DNA of 64,000 nt, taken from the NCBI GenBank assembly GCA_034780895.1, contig JAUZTB010000033.1, positions 28,715,335 to 28,779,334 of the forward strand. Direction: 5' to 3'. The translations under genes were made by a program, and so were the position numbers. The stretch comes from Rhynchobatus australiae. Taxonomy: Eukaryota. A model generated the notes under the pieces. That model was not told the DNA's origin. It did no database searches and worked only from the letters and a program-made list of their open reading frames with translations. Positions 62,822 to 64,000 of this stretch are shown piece by piece. The first letter of the stretch is position 1. Each line of letters begins with the position of its first letter.

Positions 62822-63000
62822 ATAGAGTCATAGAGCAATACAGCACGGATACAGGCCTTTCGGCCCAATGAGTCCCTGCCATCCATTGTATCCACTCATC
62901 TAGTCCCAATTTTCTGCATTCGGCCCATATCCCTCTGAGCCCCACCCCTCCACGTACCTATCCAAGTGCTTCTTAAATGATATTATTGAAGCTGCCTCAA
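62822..63000 (-). mobile_element. CR1 3' end
   Basis: ATAGAGTCATAGAGCAATACAGCACGGATACAGGCCTTTCGGCCC...CTATCCAAGTGCTTCTTAAATG. Confidence 0.85.
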
Positions 63001-63299
63001 CCCAATTGAACCTGATACCACCCAAGATTGTTGTAATAATGCCAGATTCTAATTCGCTCTCCATTTTCAATTCATTCATTTACTCCAGAAACTCAATGTT
63101 CCTCCTCTTGAAGTGTATGTGTTCCCCCCATTAATCTTGTATAATGCTAATGACACTCCCTGCGTTGGTGAAAGGGAAAATAGCAAGATTGATCAACTTG
63201 TGTTATCAACCTCAAGGTATAAGCTGTTGTTACACCTATGATTCGGAGAAGTACAAATTGTTGCAAAGTCTGGAAAGTCATTTTTTTTAAAAGTACAGG

Positions 63300-63603
63300 C
63301 AATAGATAATGAGTATTTCCAGCAAGGTCAGAATTTATTTCCCATGCCCAATTATCCTTGAACTCAGTGGGTTGGCGACTTTTTCAAAGGGTATCTAAAA
63401 TTCAATTACATTATTGTGGATATCAGTTTCATGGTCACTAGAGCTTAATCTATCTTTATCCATATTTGATTCCAGTTTTATTTCATTAAGTATTTTTTTT
63501 ATTTCCCCAGCTACTATGGCTAGACTTTAAACAATGTCCCAGATCATTAATTAAGACCTCTGGGTTATTAGTGGTATACATTGACCACTGTGCCGCAATA
63601 TCC
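63300..63603 (-). mobile_element. Bipartite SINE: tRNA-like head joined to LINE 3' tail
   Basis: Minus strand CGGCACAGTGG...CCAGAGGTCTTAATTAATGATCTGG...CCATAGTAGCTG (head as at 32530) ending CCACTGAGTTCAAGGATAATTGGGCATGGGAAATAAATTCTGACCTTGCTGG (tail). Confidence 0.65.
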
Positions 63604-63908
63604 TTATAAAGGGACCATGTTTGAAAGATTTCCCTTCCCCTCAAATTTCCGGAATGATACTGCTCATTTAGCTTTTAGTGTAAGCTCAGTTTGATACAGC
63701 TTCTTGTTCAAATTAAAACATAGGTAGCTGACTGGAAAGTTTTACGGTGCTGGTACTAGTTAAAGGAAGCTTAACTGAAAAAAGGACAGGCAGCAAAGTC
63801 CTTGCACAAGAGTTAGATCACAGTGGTTTTTGACTTGGCAGCACATTGCTACACAACGTGTTAGGTGATGGACCTATTGTGTTAGGTAAATGGTAATCAT
63901 CGACTGAC

Positions 63909-63985
63909 ACGGCTAAACGTTGAATCGAACCGGCAGCCTTCCGGTTCCTGGACGACTCCTGTAACCACTCCGCCACAGCCGACCC
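63909..63985 (-). mobile_element. CpG-rich tRNA-like sequence (SINE head or tRNA-derived element)
   Basis: A box TGGCGGAGTGG, B box GGTTCGATTC, terminal pairing CGGCTG/TAGCCG; D and T stems do not pair, so not a functional tRNA. Confidence 0.55.
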
Positions 63986-64000
63986 ATAGGTGAAAAAGTG

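Overview
Eukaryotic, AT-rich, gap-containing draft-assembly DNA. The repeat complement (V-domain SINEs, Deu-domain SINE remnants, many CR1/L2/Rex1/RTE LINE fragments, Penelope-derived hairpins) fits a vertebrate, most likely a cartilaginous fish; this is inference. I recognise no intact host protein-coding gene, so the window reads as a large intron or gene desert. Best-supported features: (1) a decayed Mag-like Gypsy element at ~1-2960. (2) A 1.9-kb internally deleted CsRn1-clade Gypsy element at 40758-42674 (minus strand) with two 240-bp LTRs, a tRNA-Trp PBS, a PPT, a degenerate CHCC gag motif, a slippery heptamer and a protease fused in frame to the integrase GPF tail. (3) A tRNA-Lys(UUU) pseudogene at 26454-26526 abutting a V-SINE with a deleted A box. 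(4) A minimal type I hammerhead ribozyme motif in a Penelope-like end at 23904-23942. (5) Two old paralogous CR1-RT fragments sharing the same defects. (6) A LINE with a tRNA-like head plus head+tail SINE derivatives. A few splice-signal-bounded candidate (micro)exons and CNE-like blocks are flagged at low confidence. I found no convincing new biological system. Most repeat boundaries are approximate (tens of bp), and family names come from recalled motifs, not database searches.
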